A program made the translations under genes and the position numbers. From Podarcis pityusensis (Eukaryota), in assembly GCA_964106645.2 (NCBI GenBank), contig OZ067038.1: a stretch of 64,000 nt of DNA; one strand, 5' to 3'. The first letter of the stretch is position 1. The number at the start of each line of letters is the position of its first letter. Under the pieces are notes generated by a model, which made no database searches, had not been told where the DNA came from, and saw only the letters and a list, made by a program, of their open reading frames with translations. Below are positions 26,901 to 41,900 of this stretch, one piece after another.

Positions 26901-29900
26901 TCAGGAGTCTGATTAGGGGAACTCCTCCATTCAAAGTGAACTGGTTTAAGGGGAGTAGAGAACTGGTGCCAGGGAAAACGTGCAACATCACCTTGGCAGA
27001 TTCATCTGCGGAGCTGGAATTGTTCGAAGTGGGACCACTCCAGACCGGAGATTACACCTGCCTTGCCACAAACGATGCTGGCAGTGCTTCTTGCACCACA
27101 CATCTTTTTGTAAAAGGTTTGTCCAAATGCTATTATTATGGCATGTACACATGTTAAGTGTGCGTGCACGTCTGTGTGATATACACACACACATAGAGAG
27201 ACACCCATATTGCAGTTCTTGGTTTAACCACTTCTTTCATATGACTTTATCTTAGAGCCTGCTGTGTTTGTGAAGAAGCTGAGCGATTTCAGCATAGAAC
27301 ATGGGAAATCCATAATTCTAGAAAGCACATTCAGCGGAACTCCTCCACTCACAGTAACGTGGAAGAAGAACGGCTCAAACATCACACAGTCTCCAAAATG
27401 CAATATAACCACCACGGAAAAATCAGGCATTCTGGAAATTCTTAATAGTTCTACAGAAGATGAAGGAGAATATATCTGTGAAGTTGCAAATGACGCTGGG
27501 GAGGATGTATGTCATGCCCTGGTATCGATCATAGGTGTGTTGCTGTCTTAATAGTTGGTTAACCATTCTTGTACTAATTGCCATCTTCTGATGTGCTTAG
27601 ATTGACTGTGGGTATTGACTATGATTATTTCTGCTGCAGAACCGCCTCATTTTGTTAAGCACTTGGATCACTTGGAGGTGACCATCGGAGAGCCTGCAAC
27701 TTTACAGTGCCAAGTGGCTGGAACACCGGAAATTAAAGTGTCATGGTACAAAGGAGATACCAAACTAAGGTCTACACAGGCTTATAAAATGCACTTCAAG
27801 AACAATGTGGCTTCACTCGCTTTCAGCCGGGTAGAGAATGCTGACATTGGCGAATACATCTGCAAAGCAGAAAACAGTGCTGGGTTTGCTACTTCAATGA
27901 CAACAATCACCATCAAAGGTGATGGCTCTTTTTAAAATAATTGACCCTTGTCATATTACACACAATGTTTGTGTGTAATATGCTGAAGTGTGTGACCCAC
28001 TTGAATCACAGGCATGGTGACGGGGCTCTCAGCTTGTCCACAAGCTGCTTGGCTGAGCTGTAAGGAGACTGAGATATCTCTGAGTTCTTCCTGTGTCTCC
28101 GTGCAGCCTTCCTTCCTTTCCCCAAACCCTGCAAATTACTGAACTTGCATGAGTTTGAAAGGGATGACTGGATAAGGGTATGGGAGGCACACACAGACCT
28201 CCTACTCCCTGTGTGTGCCCATATAGGTGTGGGGGGCATGAGGGGTTAGGAACAGAGAACATGGCTCTGTTTATTTTTATTGGAATTCTCCACATGTGCA
28301 GGGCATACTGGCCCAGGTATTCTTTTTAGTCTTCTTGCATGGCCAGTTATCATACCCTGCAATTTATTTTTTTGCAGATGTTAAACTTCCTCCTTCATTC
28401 ACGAGAAAACTGAAAGACGTGCAGGAGACTCTTGGTTCTCCTATAGCCTTTGACTGCCGCATTGTTGGCTCTGAGCCGCTTGAAGTGTCCTGGTTGAAGG
28501 ATGGGGTGCAGCTGAGAGATGACGACAACATTCAAACCACCTTCTTAAGCAATATAGCGACGCTTCAGATCTTGCAAACCTCCATGGCTCATGCTGGCCA
28601 GTACACTTGCACAGCTCACAATGCTCTTGGGACTGCTTCTTCCAGTGCCAAGCTCCTACTCACAGGTTTGTAAACAACTAAGTCCAAAGTCGTTGTATGC
28701 TGGTTCAGTTTTAAAGAACGTGAACAAGTCACAGGGCCGTAACAACAGACTAAGAGTTTGCTGTTTGAAGGGAAGGCAATACGTCCTGCCATGCCTTTCA
28801 CTTTTTGATTTTCTTTCTTTTCCTTAGAACACCTGAAACCACCATTCTTTGATGTGAAGCCTTTGCCCCTTGACGTTGCTCTTGGGGAAAGTGGTTCTTT
28901 CAAGTGTCATGTCACAGGTTCAGTGCCAATGAAAGTCAGCTGGGCAAAAGATAACCGTGAGATCCGCCCTGGTGGCAATTACAAGATTACACTGGTAGAA
29001 AACACTGCCACACTGACCATTCTTAAAGTAGGCAAAGGTGATGGTGGACTGTATACTTGTTATGCAAGCAACAGTGCTGGGAAGGATTCTTGTGGCGCTC
29101 AGCTGAGTTTCAAAGGTAATTTGATGGAAAGTACTGTCATTTCTTCTTCTTCTTCTTCTTCTTCTTCTTCTTCTTCTTCTTCTTCTTCTTCCCCCCCATT
29201 TTGTAAAAATAAAGACATGTTTGAATCTTCCAGCTAAAATGGGCACAAGTGGGTGGCATTCTGTATCTAGAGTAGCAGCTGATAAAAATCTTCTTGAAGT
29301 TATTTTCTTGAGCATATTAATACCACACCGGGGTTTTTGTTTATTGCTTACAAGCCTGTTTAAAATTAGCAGCCTGTGGAAATTTATTAGGCCGTAAACA
29401 GGCTGAACATAGACTCTCCTTTTAATATGTGACACTTGAGTTGTGGTATCATGTTTTCCACTGAAGTGCGATTAAGCTGGGAAATCTGTGGTCCAGAATA
29501 AGAAAAAAGACTTGGTGTTTATTTGTGCGATAAGAAAATACAGTGTTGTATCCAGTCTAGTCTCTCTCCATTGATAGAAGGCTCTTGGATCCACTGGAGG
29601 CTTCCATCAGTGGAACAGGGAGGGAGGTGACGTCAAGCAATTCTCCCTCCCCGCAGTCCACAACCTCTCATACCACCTTTCACTATGTTTCAAAGGATCC
29701 CCCAACCCTCTGGAACACTTTTGATGGGTGCCTGGGGCTGCTGATGGGAGGGGAAATTGCAAACATTTCCTTCTCATTCCTCCAAGGGAATCTTCCACTC
29801 AATCAGTCCAGTGGAGGGACACCACTGGATTGCAACCCATGCAGCCATTATTTAAATGGGCAAGAGTGTTAGGAGCTTCCATAACTTTAACTGGACATAG

Positions 29901-32900
29901 ACAAGTTTTAGGGAAAACTTCAGGCCGGATCTGAAATCATATTACATAGAGAAACCAGCCTTCAGATATTGCACGTTTAGAAGGAATCTGAGTGGCTATT
30001 GATGTAAACAGGCCTGCTGAGTTGTTTCTATCAAGGCCCTTGGCATTGTATGAATAGCAGAGATTCAATACATGGAGCTTTCCCCAGCATGATAATGCAA
30101 CAATAGGGGAAGCTTTACCTGCTGAATACCCTCCTAATGCACAGTTGTCAAAGGCACAAAATCACTGCTCCCCTGACTAATCTCAGAATACTAGGCTAGA
30201 TTTAGAAGCAAGCCAAGCCCCATTCCACAGAGAATGCATATGGAAGGCACGTTCAGCCAGGTCCACTGCATTTCCCTAGCCTGGTACAGTGCAGTAGTGA
30301 TGGTAGATGTCAATTCCTGGCTGTCTCCATGCATTCTAGGAGGAACGCAAGGATGGAAGAGGAGCAAAATGTTGCTGGGGTAGTGAGCAATATTGACAGC
30401 CTCCTTCTTAAAGTTGGAAGGGAGGCTCAAGCAAATAGATCACAGTGTGGGTTACTAACTCTGGATAAAGTATTTGCAACGGTATGTGCACAAGAGTTCT
30501 GCTGGATCAGATCAAAAGGTTCTCTAGTCCAGCCACAGTGGCCAGTCAGATGTCTCTGGGAATTCCATAAACAGGAGATGAGGGCAATAGCTCTCTCCCA
30601 CTGTTTCCCTCCAGCCATTTCTATTTGGAGGCTTGCTGCCTCTGATCTGATCCTGGAGGTAGCCTACAGCAATCATGACTTCCATCCATTGAGGGCCTAA
30701 TCCTCTGTGGTTATATTTATCAGTTGTATTTCTCCTTTTTTGTCTTAGTGTAGTGTTGCATATAATGGAGATAATTTAAATTTTACAAGGAGGGGCTGAT
30801 AGAATCCCCTGTGCTTCCATGTGTGCTTCTCCAGTCTTTTTATCATACCACCACCATGAAATATACTTCTGAGGCAGATGTGGTTTGAACTGTTCTTGAG
30901 TGCTCTATGGCTTGACTTGTAAGGGATCAGTTTGCTGCTGTAGATTGACCGTAAACTCTTTGCCAGTACACTTTGATAGCTAATATAGATGACACACATT
31001 CCTGAGATCTTGCAAAATTAACACAAGCAATTTTATGTATTCATTTTCTTTCCTTGTTGTTTTTTTTTAATAGAGCCACCGAGGTTTATTAAGAAGTTAG
31101 ACTCCTCCAGGGTTGTGAAAGAGCACGATTCGACTACATTTGAATGCAGAATAGGTGGCTCTCCAGAAATTAACATTGTGTGGTACAAGGGTGAAACTCA
31201 AATTCATCCCAGTGACAAATTCAGCATGTCATTCATCGATTCTGTGGCAGTCATTGAAATGCACGGTCTGAGTGTTGAAGACAGTGGAGACTACACTTGC
31301 GAAGCCCAAAATGCAGCGGGTAGTGCGAACAGCAGTACTTCACTGAAAGTGAAAGGTCAGAACCTGCTCTTCCTTTGCTTTCTCTACCCTTCCTGTTGTA
31401 GAAGGTTGCAAGGGCTTGCCGTCTTCTACTAAGCAAGCCAATATCAGTTTCCATTAAAGGCCACGAGTAGGCCCCTTTATTTGGAATGGGAAATTTCCTT
31501 TGCATGTCTCTTCTCTCCCATTTCCTTGCAATCCTTCATTCTTAATGGTGTGCTCTCTGTTCTTTCAAACGTTGCTCCTTTGCATTTAACAGAAATCCAA
31601 ACCTCCTCTTTTGTAGCTCCTCCTGTTTTCCGCAAGAAACCGCGGCCAGTAGAGACTCTGAAAGGTTTCGATGTTCACCTTGAATGTGAGCTTCAAGGCA
31701 CTCCTCCCTTCCATGTTTCATGGTACAAAGATAAAAGAGAAATAAGAAGCAGCAAAAAGTACAAGATTTTGTCTGAGAATTACCTTGCTAGCATTCACAT
31801 TCTCAACGTTGACGTGGCAGACATTGGTGAATATCACTGTAAAGCTGTCAATGATGTAGGAAGTGACACTTGCATCTGCTCTGTGATGCTGAAAGGTTGG
31901 TAAAAGACTTTCCATTGCCATGTTTTCCCGGCCACTCCAGGTTTTTAAAATCTTACTCTCTTTTCCATCACTTACATATTTTCCACCTCTTGATCAGGAC
32001 CCCCAAGGTTTGTGAAGAAACTTAATGATACCACTGCCGTTGTTGGGGATCCAGCAGAACTGCAAGCTACGGTAGAAGGTTCTGAGCCAATTTCTGTTGT
32101 TTGGATGAAAGACAAAGGTGAAATCATCAGAGAAAGTGAAAATGTCTGGATGTCATATTCCGATAAAGTTGCCATCCTTCAGGTTGTAAATGCAGAGCCA
32201 AGCAACACTGGGAAATATACCTGCCAGATTAAAAATGATGCCGGAAGTCAGGAGTGTTTTGCTACTTTATCAGTTCTAGGTTGGTATAGAGTAAAAACAA
32301 CAACAACACAAAAGCATACGGAAGAATAAATATTTTAACATATTAACATCTTATTTACAAATGTGACTCGTTTTGCATCTTATTCCAGAGCCAGCATCTA
32401 TAGTGGAGAAACCAGGACCAATGAAAGTCACAACTGGAGATTCTTGTACTTTGGAGTGTACAGTAGCTGGGACACCAGAGCTGACTGCTCGGTGGTTCAA
32501 GAACGGACACGAGCTCTCTTCTGACCACAAATACAAAATCACTTTCTTCAACAAAGTAGCTGGGCTTAAGATTCTGAATACAGGAGTAGAAGACAGTGGA
32601 GAATATACGTTTGAGGTGAAAAACAATGTAGGCCAAAGCAGTTGCAAAGCATCAGTCCAAGTTTCAGGTTAGTTGAATAACTTGAGAATATCCCATCTGC
32701 ATCTTGACATATGGACTTATCTAATTCAGTGATTTCCTATACTGCTTAACCACTGAAATTTCCAAGTGCTGTACAATCAAACCAGACAGCGGATAAAATA
32801 AATTTAAGTGAATGATTAAAGGTGGAAAGCTTCCTTAAAATGCCTACTGAAATAAGAAGGTCTTCAAAAAGCACCTGATGTTGAACAGAGAGTGGGCTGC

Positions 32901-35900
32901 TCTAATGTTGGCTAGGAGAGAGTTCCACATAATTGGACCCACAATACCGGATGTGGAGACAAGGAGAAGCCATGGACATGCCTCTAAAATGAAGAGAGTG
33001 CATATGCCTGCTTTCAAGATCCATCTCAAACTTCTTATGCCAATAAATAGTTTAATTATTGTTAAGCCCTTGGGGATCTATTACTTTTTTAAACTAAACT
33101 TAACATGCCATAATGTTTCTATCTTTGCTTTGTGCTCCACAGATCGCATTATACCACCTTCATTCACAAAGAAGCTGAAGGAAACACATGGGCTCTTGGG
33201 TTCATCTGCTGTACTTGAGTGCAAAGTAATTGGGTCACCTCCCATTTCTGTTTTTTGGTTCCATGATGGAGAAGAGATCACTAGTGGAGAAAAGTATCAA
33301 GCAACTCTTACAGATAACACTTGCTCTTTAAGAGTGAATGCTGTTCAAGAGTCAGATGCTGGAAATTACATTTGCACGGCAACTAATGTAGCTGGATCTG
33401 ATGAATGTGATGCATATTTCATTGTCAGAGGTAAATACTGAAACTTAGGTAGATAATAAGAACAGGATATCAGGGGTTGGTTTTTTGTTTTTTTTTTTAA
33501 ATGTTCCTTATATTCTTTATATCTTTTGTAAATGCAGCTGCTTGCCTTTCAACCATAACTATGTTTCATTAACCTCTTGTTACGTATGTCTAGAACCTCC
33601 ATCTTTTGTGAAGAAACCAGAACCTCTGCAAGTTTTATCTGGGGCAAATATAACTTTCACAAGTATCATTAAAGGAAGCCTTCCCCTTGATGTGAAATGG
33701 TTTAGGGGTAGTGTTGAACTATCCCCAGGACATAGATGTAACATCTCTCTGGAAGAATCAGTGGCTGAACTGGAGCTGTTTGATGTACTCCCAGCGCAAA
33801 GTGGAGACTATACTTGCATTGTTAGTAACGAAGCTGGCAAAATCTCTTGCACAACCCAACTCTTTGTAAAAGGTTTGTTCTTTGTTTCGGCTTCCTTTGT
33901 TTACACTGGAACAAAATCCCAAATCTCAGGCAGTTATCTTAAACTTTTGCTCTCATGTTATTTCTGATAGAGCCAGCGAAATTTGTGAAGAAACTGAATG
34001 ACTTCAATGTTGAGAAAGGAAAGCAGTTAATCCTGGAATGTACATACACTGGGACACCTCCTATTGCAGTGTCCTGGAGGAAAAATGCTATAAATATATC
34101 ACAGTCTGAAAAATACAGCATCACCACTACTGAAACATCTGCCATACTTGAGATCTCTAGTAGCAAGCTGGACGATGCTGGGCTGTATTCTTGCCATATA
34201 GAAAATGACTCGGGACAAGATAATTCACAGGCTACGGTCTCAATACTAGGTTTGTAGATTGTTTTGAAAGTGACCGCCCTTTTTCATTAACTTTATGGTT
34301 GTTGTGACATGTGGAAGGGTCTGCCTGGTTTTGCAACTGAGTCTGTGTGCTTCTTCTCTAGAACCACCTTATTTTGTCAGAAGCCTGGAACCGACTCAGG
34401 TGACAGTAGGGGATTCTGCATCACTGCAGTGCCAAATTGCGGGCACACCAGAAATCACTGTGTCGTGGTACAAAGGAGACACCAAACTGAGAGCAACTGC
34501 TACCTCTAAAATGCACTTTAGAAACCAAGTTGCCACGCTGGTGTTCACTCAGCTGGGTAGCAACGATGGTGGAGAGTATATTTGCAAAGCAGAAAATAGT
34601 ATTGGAGAAGCTTCCTGTTCAGCACTACTGACTGTTCAAGGTGAATATGGCAATATGCTTTTGAAAGCCCCAGAGACAATGATTTATTGCTCTTTTAAAA
34701 TGTGCCCGTGCGTCAGAACAGGAAATGTATTCTATGCCGTGACCCCGGACTTCCTTATTCTTGTGCCTTCATGGTGGTGTGTGCTCATGATGGTGTTGCA
34801 GCAGTGATCTGGCTTTCAAAACTGCTTGTGCCTACAAAGTTTTAACAGTGGACATGCTGCTTCTTTCCAATCCGTGCACATCCCATGGGTCCTGCTAAAA
34901 TCCTATAACTTTTCATGCCACACGTTTCATGTAGCGTAGGGGGTTTCGTTCCACTTTTGCAGTGCTGTAGTGCAAGAGTGTCTTTCCAGGTTATCAATGA
35001 GGGGGTAACACACTGGAGAAGCATGGCATGGCAGGTAATAATATGGAATAATGTGTGGACAGTTTAAATCCATACTATTGCACTATTATTGCCTCGATGG
35101 CATGGTGCAGAATATATCTGCAAAAGATCCCCATGTTTCTACCTGTTCTTTATTCCTTAACAGCAAATTTCCATAGATTTAATATAAACAAGTTATGATG
35201 CTTCACTATAGAACCATCTGTGTCATGGACCTGACTAGAACTTCTCTATGACGTAACTTCGTTCCTGCCCACAGGATTCAATCTTTCTGTTCTTGCTAAT
35301 AGTGAATAATCAAACATCGGCGAATCTTTAAAAATGAATTCCATCTTCTATGCCATTCACTATTTATCAGTAATGTTTGAAAAAAAGACAATGACTCCCA
35401 TTCAACTTTAGCAGCCAATTAAGCTAATTCTCACTTATTTCAATGGGATTTAGTCATCACTGCCTTTAGCTAGATTGGGGACATATGTTGCTACAAATGT
35501 GCATACTATTTATCTCTATGAAAAAATCTTAAGCAGTGGAAATATAGTACAACAACTGAAACATTCAGTCAACAACACTCCAATGTACAATATTTGTTCC
35601 CTTGCAGAGCTTAAACTTCCTCCTTCATTTTCCCGGAAATTAAGAGATATTCACGAAACTGTTGGATTACCAATTACATTTGATTGTGGCATTACTGGTT
35701 CCGAACCCATTGAAGTAACCTGGTATAAAGATGGCGCACAAATAAGAGATGGCTATAATGTGCAAACATCATACTTAAACAACGTTGCAACTCTGCAGAT
35801 CTCACAAACTGACATGAGTCTTGCCGGACAATATACTTGCACAGCTTCCAATGCTATTGGAACTGCTTCTTCTAGTGCCAAACTCATCCTTACAGGTTTG

Positions 35901-38900
35901 TCAAGTGTCAAATGTACTTTTCTTTGATGTCAACAATGGGATGTTTCCCCACTTACGTGCCTATCCTAAATGATGAATATGCTGTGACTTGGGCCTCTTC
36001 CTGCAATTACCATGTGTTTCTTTCTTAACAACGTAACTCATCTGGATTAACATGTGCAAAGTTACACCTTATTTTTACTTCTTCCAATCTTTAGAAGGGA
36101 AGACTCCTCCGTTCTTTGACATCCCAATTGCACCTGTTGATGCTGTTGCTGGTGATGGTGCTGACTTTGAATGCCACATTTCTGGAACACGCCCAATAAA
36201 GGTTACTTGGTCAAAGGATAACCGAGAACTGCGAACTGGAGGGAACTACCAGATCAGCTATGTGGAAAATATAGCCCATTTGACAATTCTGAAAGTTGGC
36301 AAAGGGGATTCTGGAAAATATACATGTCATGCTAGCAACGAAGTTGGAAAGGACTCTTGCACAGCTCAACTTAATATTAAAGGTACTGGGTGCTTGATCT
36401 GTACCAGCTTCCATTATATCATATTGGCTTCTCTCTAAAGAACAGTGAGCAGATGTTCACATGTGGGAAGGGTTTTGTTTTTGTTTACTTCTCCCCGCAT
36501 CTTCCAAAAAGTCACATTTGAATTTCAGAGGATGACCTGTAATAGTGTGTTATGCAGTGCAGGAGGTGGCTGTACCTGGCATTGGAATCAACAAACTCTG
36601 GTGACCCCTCGTATGAGTGCCTTCCACTCGCCTAGGAGGTCTCAGAGTTCAAGCTACAATGACAAAGTGATGCTTTGGAAAACATCACAACATCTGTATT
36701 TTGACAAGACATACTGGAGGAAACTGAAAATACGCATTGAAGAGTGTTTGGGTGGTAGTCCGTGGCATGTGAGCGGATTTCCATTTGTCCATTGGGACTT
36801 CCCTTTCCTCTCCTTCCCCATGCAGTCCCATGAACTCCCACAAATATGTTCTTGGGGGGCACTCAATCCTCTGGAGCAGATTTGTGGGAGCACTTGGTCT
36901 TCGGGGGAAACTGAGAAGAATGGGAAGTCTCATCACGCAAGTGCAAGTTTGTTCTGCTGGATGTGAGCCACTGACAGTAAACGGGGAAATCCAGGAGAAT
37001 AGAAGACAGTTGTTCGGAGGGTGACAAAGATTTTTCTTCCTTTCTGACAGAACGACAGACTCCACCTTCCTTCACCAAAAAGCTGTCAGAAACTGTGGAA
37101 GAGACAGAAGGAAACACATTTAAACTTGAGGGCCGTGTTTCTGGCTCCCAGCCTTTGACTGTTGCCTGGTACAAGAATAACCAGGAGATTTATGAAAGCC
37201 CTAATTGCGAAATATCATTCAAGAACAACACTCTTCTCCTTGAAATTAAGAATTCAGGACAAGCTGATGCAGGTTTATATACCTGCAAAGTGTCCAATGA
37301 GGCTGGGAGTGCACTCTGTACTTCTTCTGTGGTTATTAAAGGTCAGTTGACAGCCTCTATGGTATTTATTTTTCTTCTTAAGCTCATAAGCTTTTGGTGT
37401 TTTCTGATTGTCTAATTGCGCTATAATACTCATTAATTGCAATTACTTTTCTACATTGGGTGATAAAATCCAGTCCCACCTTATTTATTCATAGGACTTG
37501 CAGGAGTTAAACTGTAAGATTAGGAAAATAGTAGGCAATTCTTCTGAAGCTGTTCATTACTTGACATTTCTCTTATTAAAAATGTTCTGCTGTTTACTAA
37601 ACTCTTTAATAATGCCACTTTATGCATGCTTGAAGAGGCAAAAATAGTTTGAAAAAGACATCTTCCAGATGTTTTTCTGTAAATGCTAAGCCTTCTGAAA
37701 AAATTATCTTATCTTTTCATCACTTTTAAATATAAATAATTAGTGCTCATACTTACTGTTAACAGTGCATAAAAATTTCATCCATTAAAAAAATGTTTTG
37801 CAAATAAATCCATTAAGGACTGCTTCAAAAGTTAGAAAGTGTTTAATGCTTCTCAACACTTGAAGATATAGCTGCATTTGTGAGAGTCTGATCAGATAAG
37901 CAATATATTGAGTGCCTGCTTTTTCTTACATGGAACTGCTATCCATGTAAGGACTCTTTGAAATGTTTTTTCCCCTTAACAATATCACATTAAAGGTATC
38001 AAAGGTGAAGGATTGCAACCAATTGTGTAATATATTGTTCCAACCTTTCTGGCTTGTACATCTTTGGTAGCTTGGTGTGAAATCATCAAATTTTGGGCTG
38101 TTAACATAAAAGGCGATAATGCATATTTTGCAGCTAATTCAATGCTTTCATATTCCTTTCTCTTTGCAAAATAACAGCTTTATGTGCTATCTTAACGTAT
38201 GCATACTTCACACCTCCATTCTTTTTGTACTACTTCTACCATATAAATATTGTACTGGGGAAATGGAATGGATTCATCAGCATCTGCTGCATAATCTTAT
38301 TCAAACCCAGATCTGTATCTTGTTATGGAAGAGAAATTATTACTTAACATCTTTTCTTCTCTTGCTTCATTATTTTGTCCCTTCGAATGGCATTACAGAG
38401 CCCAAAAAACCACCAGTATTTGATCAACCTCTTAAACCGGCAACAATAGAAGAAGGTAAAATCTTGCAGCTCAGTTGCCATGTCAAGGGATCGCAGCCCA
38501 TCAGAATCCAGTGGCTAAAAGCTGGGAAAGAGCTAAGATCATCTGATAAATGCAGCTTGAGCTTTGCTAATGGATCCGCTGTTTTGGAAGTCCAGGCAGT
38601 TACTAAGACTGATTCTGGCGAGTATATATGCAAAGCTTCGAATGCAGCTGGAACTGACTCTTGCAAGTCAAAAGTGACAATTAAAGGTACAGTGAAACTG
38701 AATGCTTAGGTGATGAAACAGTAACTCAAAATTCCGGTATCAGTCTATTCAGTATCTCCCTGTTACAGTAAATAGGAGCAGCTTCACCTATAAATTAGCA
38801 GGTCAAAACTGCTTATTTTTCCTGGGCATGTGACTGCATATCACACTACGACTTGCCTATTCACATGCATTATTTCATAGTATTGCCATCCAAAATGCAT

Positions 38901-41900
38901 TTGCTTCAATACCCTGAGCTAGTTGTTCCTTGGTATCCTGTATTTTATACATGACTTGTGCGGGGGTATAAAATTAAATCAAACAAAAGGACCCCAATAC
39001 ATAAGCTGGGTAGTATTTTGTGCATTTAGTCAATGGTCTCATCTATGGCATGGGTTGCTGTTGTTGTTTGGTTTTAGTGTAGTCCCTTTCTGCTCCACCA
39101 CTTAATTCCCTCAATATTCTTTTTTCAGAAAAAGCAGCAGCTGCACCAGCAGCAGCTAAGAAAGCACCAACTGATGGCAAGCTTTACTTCGTCTCAGAGC
39201 CTCAAAGCATCACTGTCATCGAAAGTAAGCCAAGCTTTAAAAAAATAGCCATCTTTCATAATACTTGAATTTTGGCATATGTTGACTGCTGTTTCCCCCT
39301 GGCCAGGGACAGACCTTTTCTTTACCACATTTCATTTCTTTTCTTCTTCATCAGAGAGCGTTGCAACATTTATTGCCAAAGTAGGTGGCGATCCCATCCC
39401 CAATGTTAAATGGATGAAGGGGAAATGGAGGCAACTCAACCAAGGAGGTCGCATTAGCATCCAGCAAAGAGGAGATGAAGCCAAGCTGGAAATAAAGGAT
39501 ACAACAAAAACTGATTCTGGGCATTACAGATGTGTGGCTTTCAATCAACACGGTGAAATTGACAGCAACGTCAACCTACAGGTTGAGGAGAAGAAACAAG
39601 AAGTGATAGAAGGTGATCTTAGAGCAAAACTAAAGAAGTAAGTACCAGAATTGCTCTAAGTTTTAATCTGAAGGTGAGGCGGGATCTGTACCACAAATAT
39701 AACTCAGGCTGCAACCCTAAACACTCTTAATAGCAGTCGTGTTCCACTGGACTTAGCAGGACTTATTTCTGACTAAACATGCCTCTTGAAGTCTATCAGA
39801 CTATACCTGATCATGACACTCAAGCTTCAGTCTGGTAAACATGTAGTAGATGTTATGCAGCCTTTTGCAGCCTTTTCAGCACTAGGGACTAACAGAATGT
39901 TGTATTAATTAAAGTCTGAAACCACAATTTGATCCACTCGCTAATGCTGAGGACAACAGCCATGAGTTTTAGAAAATCAAACATTATGGTTTAGGTTGTG
40001 CTTAATCATGACTAACAAGTCCCACTGAGTTCAGAGAGTCTACTCTAAGCATGGTTCAATCCATATCCAATTGTATATGAATGAGATATCCCACAACGTG
40101 ACAGCAGACCTACAGGGATATATCAGACATGCTGTTTTAAGGGCATGAATGAAAAGTTCTTTTTCCTGGTCAGAAAAATCATTAAGAGAAACTTGTCAAG
40201 AAGTAATTTATGATTCTCCATGGCATGTTACATAAAGGAATGTAAATTATCTGAAAAGTTAACTAAGTGCAAACCTATGCATTGTGCACACAGAGGTAAG
40301 CTTGGCTGAGTTTAAAAAGGATTCTAGATTCAGGTAGGTAGCCGTGTTGGTCTGACGCAGTCAAAATAAATTAAAAAATTAAAACATTGTCCAGTAGCAC
40401 CTTAGAGACCAACTAGGTTTGTTCTGGGTATAAGCTTTCTTGTGCATGCACACTTCTTGAGATACACTGAAACAGAAGTCACCAGACCCTAATATATAGT
40501 GGGAGGGTGCGGTGGGGATTTTCTCAGAAGGGTAGTAGGAGATGGGTGATTGACTCAATGGGTATGGTAAACCTGTTAACGACTGCAATTAGTCTTACAG
40601 GAAAAAGCAAGGGATAGTCTGCAGATGACCAAAAATAGCTTTAGCAATTTAGCAATTCAGAACATTGAACCATTCAACACAGAGAGCATATTTTATGAAC
40701 AACACCAAAAATTCTGCCATTTCTATAGGACCCCAACTAAAAGGAAGGAAGATGAGGAAGAAAAGGCCATTGATATAATGGAACTTCTGAAAAATGTAGA
40801 TCCTAAAGAATATGAAAAATATGCACGTATGTATGGAATTACCGATTTCCGAGGTCTCCTCCAAGCCTTTGAGCTGCTGAAACAAAGCCAGGAAGAAGAA
40901 ACTCATAGACTGGTAAATACCAGCATATACATTTGCTTCAGAGTAATTTTTTGAAATGTGTTGTGCTATTATTGCTTAAATAAGTGTGTTCAATATTCCA
41001 GATATGCAGTTAACCAATTACAGAGATTTATATTCTATTTTGGAACTTAGCTGTTGCTTCTGATGTCATGAAGGTTCACATTTGGGGATCGTTTATTCAT
41101 GGCATCTTCACAGCAAACCCTACTCAGTGTTGTTCTCCAAAAGATGTCAATCATACCTCATCACATGAGGTGTATAGACTAAGAGGCATTGTTTAGGGAC
41201 AGTACAGAAGAAAAGATGTGCTTCTGATAGTTTTTACTGGGTTCTCTTTGGGTAACCTTAAGCATTTTGGAAGGATTGGAGTTGAGCTGTCCTGCATGTA
41301 AAGGAAGTTAGATCTGCAATGAATATACAGAACTGCTTCATTTTCATAAAGTTTTGGCAAAAGGGAATAGCTAAAAGCATGAAGGTTTTCTACCATTTTA
41401 AACCATGGTTTTTGTTCCAACAGGAGATTGAAGTAACACAGAGATCTAGAAGGGAAGAACAAGAGTTTGATGAACTGGTATCATTTATTCAGCAAAGACT
41501 TACACAGACAGAGGTAGTTATTGCCATATATTACACAATTTAATTATGTGTGCTGACAACTGTAGCTAATACATAGCATAGGCTGTGCTCTGAAACAGTC
41601 AAACATATGAAAAATGTTTTTCAGCCCATCACTCTGATCAGAGATATTGAAGATCTGACTGTAGTAACAGATGAAGATGCCGTGTTTGAGTGTGAGATTA
41701 AAATTAACTATCCAGAAATCAAACTTTCCTGGTACAAAGGCACAGAAAAACTGGACTCTAACAACAAGTATGAAATAAGAATTGAAGGTGACCGACACAT
41801 ACTTAAAATCAGGAATTGTCAACTTGGAGATCAAGGAAATTACAGAGTGGTCTGTGGGCCACATATTGCCAGCGCTAAGCTTACTGTGATTGGTAAGTGC

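Noticed and set aside
31586-31616. In-frame upstream AG (31592) that could add 8 aa to exon 91
   Set aside because: The downstream AG gives the 279-nt length shared by paralogues 71 and 81; no evidence the upstream site is used.
36445-37065. Cluster of overlapping intronic ORFs up to 173 aa
   Set aside because: Overlaps a dispersed repeat; no domain or supporting splice structure.
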